This document shows positions 62,501 through 64,000 of a stretch of 64,000 nt of DNA, one piece after another. The stretch is from Octopus vulgaris. Taxonomy: Eukaryota. The notes beneath the pieces are model-generated. The model was given only the letters and a program-made list of their open reading frames with translations, did not search any database and was not told where the DNA came from. A program made the translations under genes and the position numbers. The stretch lies in contig OX597820.1 in assembly GCA_951406725.2 (NCBI GenBank), positions 114,886,001 to 114,950,000 on the forward strand. The letters run 5' to 3'. Each line of letters starts with the position of its first letter. Within the stretch, counting starts at the first letter, position 1.

Positions 62501-63204
62501 AGCCAAATAGCCCCAGCACAGCAAGAAACCTATTCTGCTCTGGACACTTCTTTCATACTTTAACTCCACATCAAGCAAAAAGCCTCTCTTAGGTTTGTAG
62601 TCTTGTAAGCTACATAGTGATGGTCACTAAAACTGGTGACACAAAAGTACAAATGTTGAAAAGTGGCTGGCATCAGGAAAGGCATCCAGGTATAGAACAC
62701 ATGCCAAAGTAGACAGCTGAGCACAATGCAGTCCTTGAAACCAATCGGATCCTATAAAACCATTCAACTCATACCAGCATGGAACATGAACGGTAAATGA
62801 TGATGATGTGAGTCATGTGTTGTTTGTGAGTGTTTATGTCAGAACAGAAATACTATTTCCAACTCTTGTCTAGAATGAGTAAAGGAAAAGGTAAAAGAAT
62901 CTCTTACCTGGAAATGTACGAGTTACAGAAGAAAAACCAGGAATGTGTTGGATTGTTTTGCGTAATGTTGTAAACAAAGCAGTCTTTAAGGAGACACATT
63001 TTGACCAATATGTTGAATTAAAAACACTGCTGTAGAAATCAGTAAACACTTTCTCATAGTGATTGAATATAACTTCATTCTGAGCTAAACTACCGGCTAT
63101 TTGTGTGGCAAACAGGAGGGAGGCATTGCTTGTGTTCAGTTCAATAACTGAAGCTTTCAGGAAGTCATCAGCCCAGCATAACTTGACTGCTTCAATAGTG
63201 GTCA
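37401..63204 (-). CDS. BRAT1: BRAT1 (BRCA1-associated ATM activator 1 / Integrator assembly factor), 5'-partial; complement(join(37401..38162,41890..42059,47601..47832,49573..49667,52017..52191,53126..53336,54540..54927,62908..63204))
   Basis: Eight phase-compatible GT-AG exons (~775 aa in window). HEAT-repeat motifs typical of BRAT1: ESSIFL, HPQWEIRDSAMEFL, DGESYVRA, DSEAFARRAA, DDLDWEVK, DCDYSVQEEA, and C-terminal DCY*. The first coding exon lies beyond the window end. Confidence 0.93.
41304..41588 (-). mobile_element. tRNA-derived SINE (OR-like head, third tail type)
   Basis: TSD AATGAGATATG on both sides; head GTGGAGGCACATGGCCTAATGGTTAGAGC..GGTTCGAATCTC. Confidence 0.88.
41890..42059 (-). 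CDS. BRAT1: BRAT1 internal exon (PELQSWVQENKLHSLAYSSLSDGESYVRATCISAL...KSP)
   Basis: taacag acceptor, CCG|gtcagt donor; D.ESYVRA motif. Confidence 0.92.
42305..42657 (-). mobile_element. tRNA-derived SINE (OR-like head, fourth tail type)
   Basis: Same head/core; tail AACTACGTTAAGGGTAC..CAACTGGAACCCTCGTCGTC. Confidence 0.82.
43078..46850 (-). mobile_element. hAT (Buster/Charlie; SCAND3/ZBED8-like) transposon fossil with nested RTE-tail insertions
   Basis: Pseudo-ORFs in order: KKCRQYSQEFLKFGF..CLLCEK (BED), PLSANTVQ..FSVQLNEST, HCVLHSHRL, HIEVRWL, YPKL..LLAFPNSYIVEAGFS. CAGAGATCCCCAAAC TIR-like end at 43078. No matching TSD, so ends are approximate. Confidence 0.88.
47601..47832 (-). CDS. 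BRAT1: BRAT1 internal exon (VVSQSFDCL...HPQWEIRDSAMEFL..)
   Basis: caatag acceptor, A|gtaagt donor; WE.RDSA.EFL motif. Confidence 0.92.
49573..49667 (-). CDS. BRAT1: BRAT1 internal exon (NKSEFLISQDCQVMLINILVNIVQEIGQNLL)
   Basis: ttgcag acceptor, TTG|gtgagt donor; phases fit both neighbours. Confidence 0.85.
49736..51029 (-). mobile_element. Full-length decayed Tc1/mariner element (DUF4817-HTH type)
   Basis: TA-flanked TIRs CAGGGTGGGGCAGAGAGGA.GG / CCGTCCTCTCTGCCCCACTCAG; WTIEHCTFAYDSY..SVTAVQ..F N-terminus; SPDLSMCDYFLCGNLKAHVY C-terminus. Confidence 0.9.
51361..51779. mobile_element. MITE with perfect TIRs and 8-bp TSD (Merlin-like), inserted in a SINE
   Basis: GGATCTTTTCGGTTTGAACGGCAGTTTTT / AAAAACTGCCGTTCAAACCGAAAAGATCC; TSD GGTTTTGG on both sides. 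Superfamily inferred from GG termini and 8-bp TSD. Confidence 0.88.
52017..52191 (-). CDS. BRAT1: BRAT1 internal exon (KDIIKTTIQLS...MLHYFQKLA)
   Basis: ctttcag acceptor, T|gtaagt donor; open frame, phases 0/1 fit. Confidence 0.85.
52425..52712 (+). mobile_element. RTE LINE reverse-transcriptase fragment
   Basis: SKVRVGNEY..FLFIIVLQAITEELKTGCPWELLYADDLVLIAES. Confidence 0.88.
53126..53336 (-). CDS. BRAT1: BRAT1 internal exon (FLSTYPDDALF...LVDPKLLQ); alternative start 53339
   Basis: tagtag tandem acceptor, CAG|gtagat donor; inside ORF 53099..53419. Confidence 0.82.
54540..54927 (-). CDS. BRAT1: BRAT1 internal exon (VPNKALDVIYKESSIFLTKEASKFL...LLLNH)
   Basis: tttcag acceptor, CA|gtaagt donor; resembles the BRAT1 DSSLFVASAA segment. 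Confidence 0.9.
55320..55625 (+). mobile_element. RTE (BovB-like) LINE C-terminal fragment
   Basis: LHWLGHIIHMP..LPHQLLF.E motif. Confidence 0.7.
55690..57442 (+). mobile_element. Decayed RTE LINE (RT region to 3' tail)
   Basis: AIKDMQTGKAPGPSGI.AEMLK, AFINLEKAFDRV, VGVHQGSFLS, RL.WFDHVMQM; ends with family 3'UTR and (ATG)n. Confidence 0.9.
57495..57790 (-). mobile_element. RTE-related LINE 3' end (distinct, little-decayed family)
   Basis: RVQFAGHCCRAEN..LLLWKP..RGRTLSYPDVISRDTG..MMDREVWR* followed by a (TGA)n tail. Confidence 0.82.
57980..59210 (+). mobile_element. RTE LINE 3' portion with tandem-unit 3'UTR
   Basis: EKLEVVDSFCCL..ARIRIAWVKFRELLP..MLHGSETWA; ORF end followed by GGCA.GTAAAAAGCACC units and a (GAT)n tail. 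Confidence 0.9.
60085..61135 (-). mobile_element. RTE LINE 3' portion
   Basis: Reverse-complement homology to 57980-59210 (RT C-terminus plus 3'UTR). Confidence 0.82.
62908..63204 (-). CDS. BRAT1: BRAT1 most 5' exon in window (TTIEAVKLC...SLLFATQIAGSLA...RTFP)
   Basis: ttttccag acceptor, G|gtaaga donor; inside ORF 62870..63316; phase 1 matches next exon. Confidence 0.88.
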
Positions 63205-64000
63205 CTGGAAAAATAAGAAAATAAACAAAAATATATAAAACATGTGTATATTCATCATCATCATCATCATTGTTTAACATCTGCTTTCCATGGTACCAGT
63301 CAGGTGGCTGTGGCATCGGCCACGACTACGATTTCACTTCACTCAACAGGACTTGTTTACAAAAATTATGCGATGTCAAGACAGGGTAACACACACACAC
63401 ACAGGATGGTCTTTGAATTTCTGTTTACCAAATCTATTCATAAGGCTTCAATCATCCTGGTGCTAATACCAAAGACACTTGCCCAAAGTACCACATGGTG
63501 GGACTGAACCCAAAACCATGTGGTTGGGAAGCAAGCTTCTCAACCATGCAATCACACCTGCACATATGTATGTTACTGATATCTGATTTAATAAACTTTG
63601 CAAAGAAGCGCTGTTTCTAACTCAAATTATGTTAAGTAATGAAGAAGTGAGCACAAGTAGAAGATTATGTGACAGGTGCTTTACTGAATTGCTTTTCACA
63701 TTCACCTGTCTTTCTGCTCCCTTTTTTCTGTCATAACTTGTTTCAGTCATTGGACTGTGGCCATGTTGGGGCCCTGCCTTCATGGGTTTAGTCAATCAAA
63801 CTGACCTCAGTTCTTATTAAATCTGGTACTTATTCTATCAGGTGCTTAATTTCTTCAATATTGTTCAGGACATAAGGTGTCGTCTGTCATTACGTTCTGA
63901 GTTCAAATTCCACTGAGGTCGACTTTGCCTTTCATCCTTTCAGGGTCGATAAATTAAGTAGCAGTTGTGTACTGGGCTCATTCTAATTGACTGGACCCTC

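Overview
Eukaryotic, AT-rich, repeat-dense genomic DNA. The SINE, RTE-LINE and Penelope repeats point to an octopus (coleoid cephalopod) genome; that is an inference from repeat recognition. I assembled two spliced protein-coding genes by hand with consistent intron phases; they converge tail-to-tail. (1) A complete 7-coding-exon TRAF6-like E3 ligase/adaptor on + (18772-31462, ~450 aa: C3HC3D RING, five TRAF zinc fingers, short coiled coil, divergent MATH domain). (2) A 5'-partial BRAT1 (Integrator INTS9/INTS11 chaperone) on - (8 exons, 63204-37401, ending in the diagnostic DCY motif). The rest is mostly mobile-element debris: a decayed Tx1/L1-clade LINE, RTE/CR1/Penelope fragments, Tc1/mariner and hAT fossils, piggyBac/Merlin-like/Tc1 MITEs, a Helitron end and many tRNA-derived SINEs. 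Most short ORFs in the track are repeat-derived. No clearly new biological system is demonstrable from sequence alone. Best leads: the divergent TRAF MATH domain, a degenerate type-I hammerhead ribozyme, one SINE head with four different tails, a variable hairpin array in the RTE 3'UTR, duplicated splice sites in both genes, and an IRF-E plus kappaB pair upstream of the TRAF gene.
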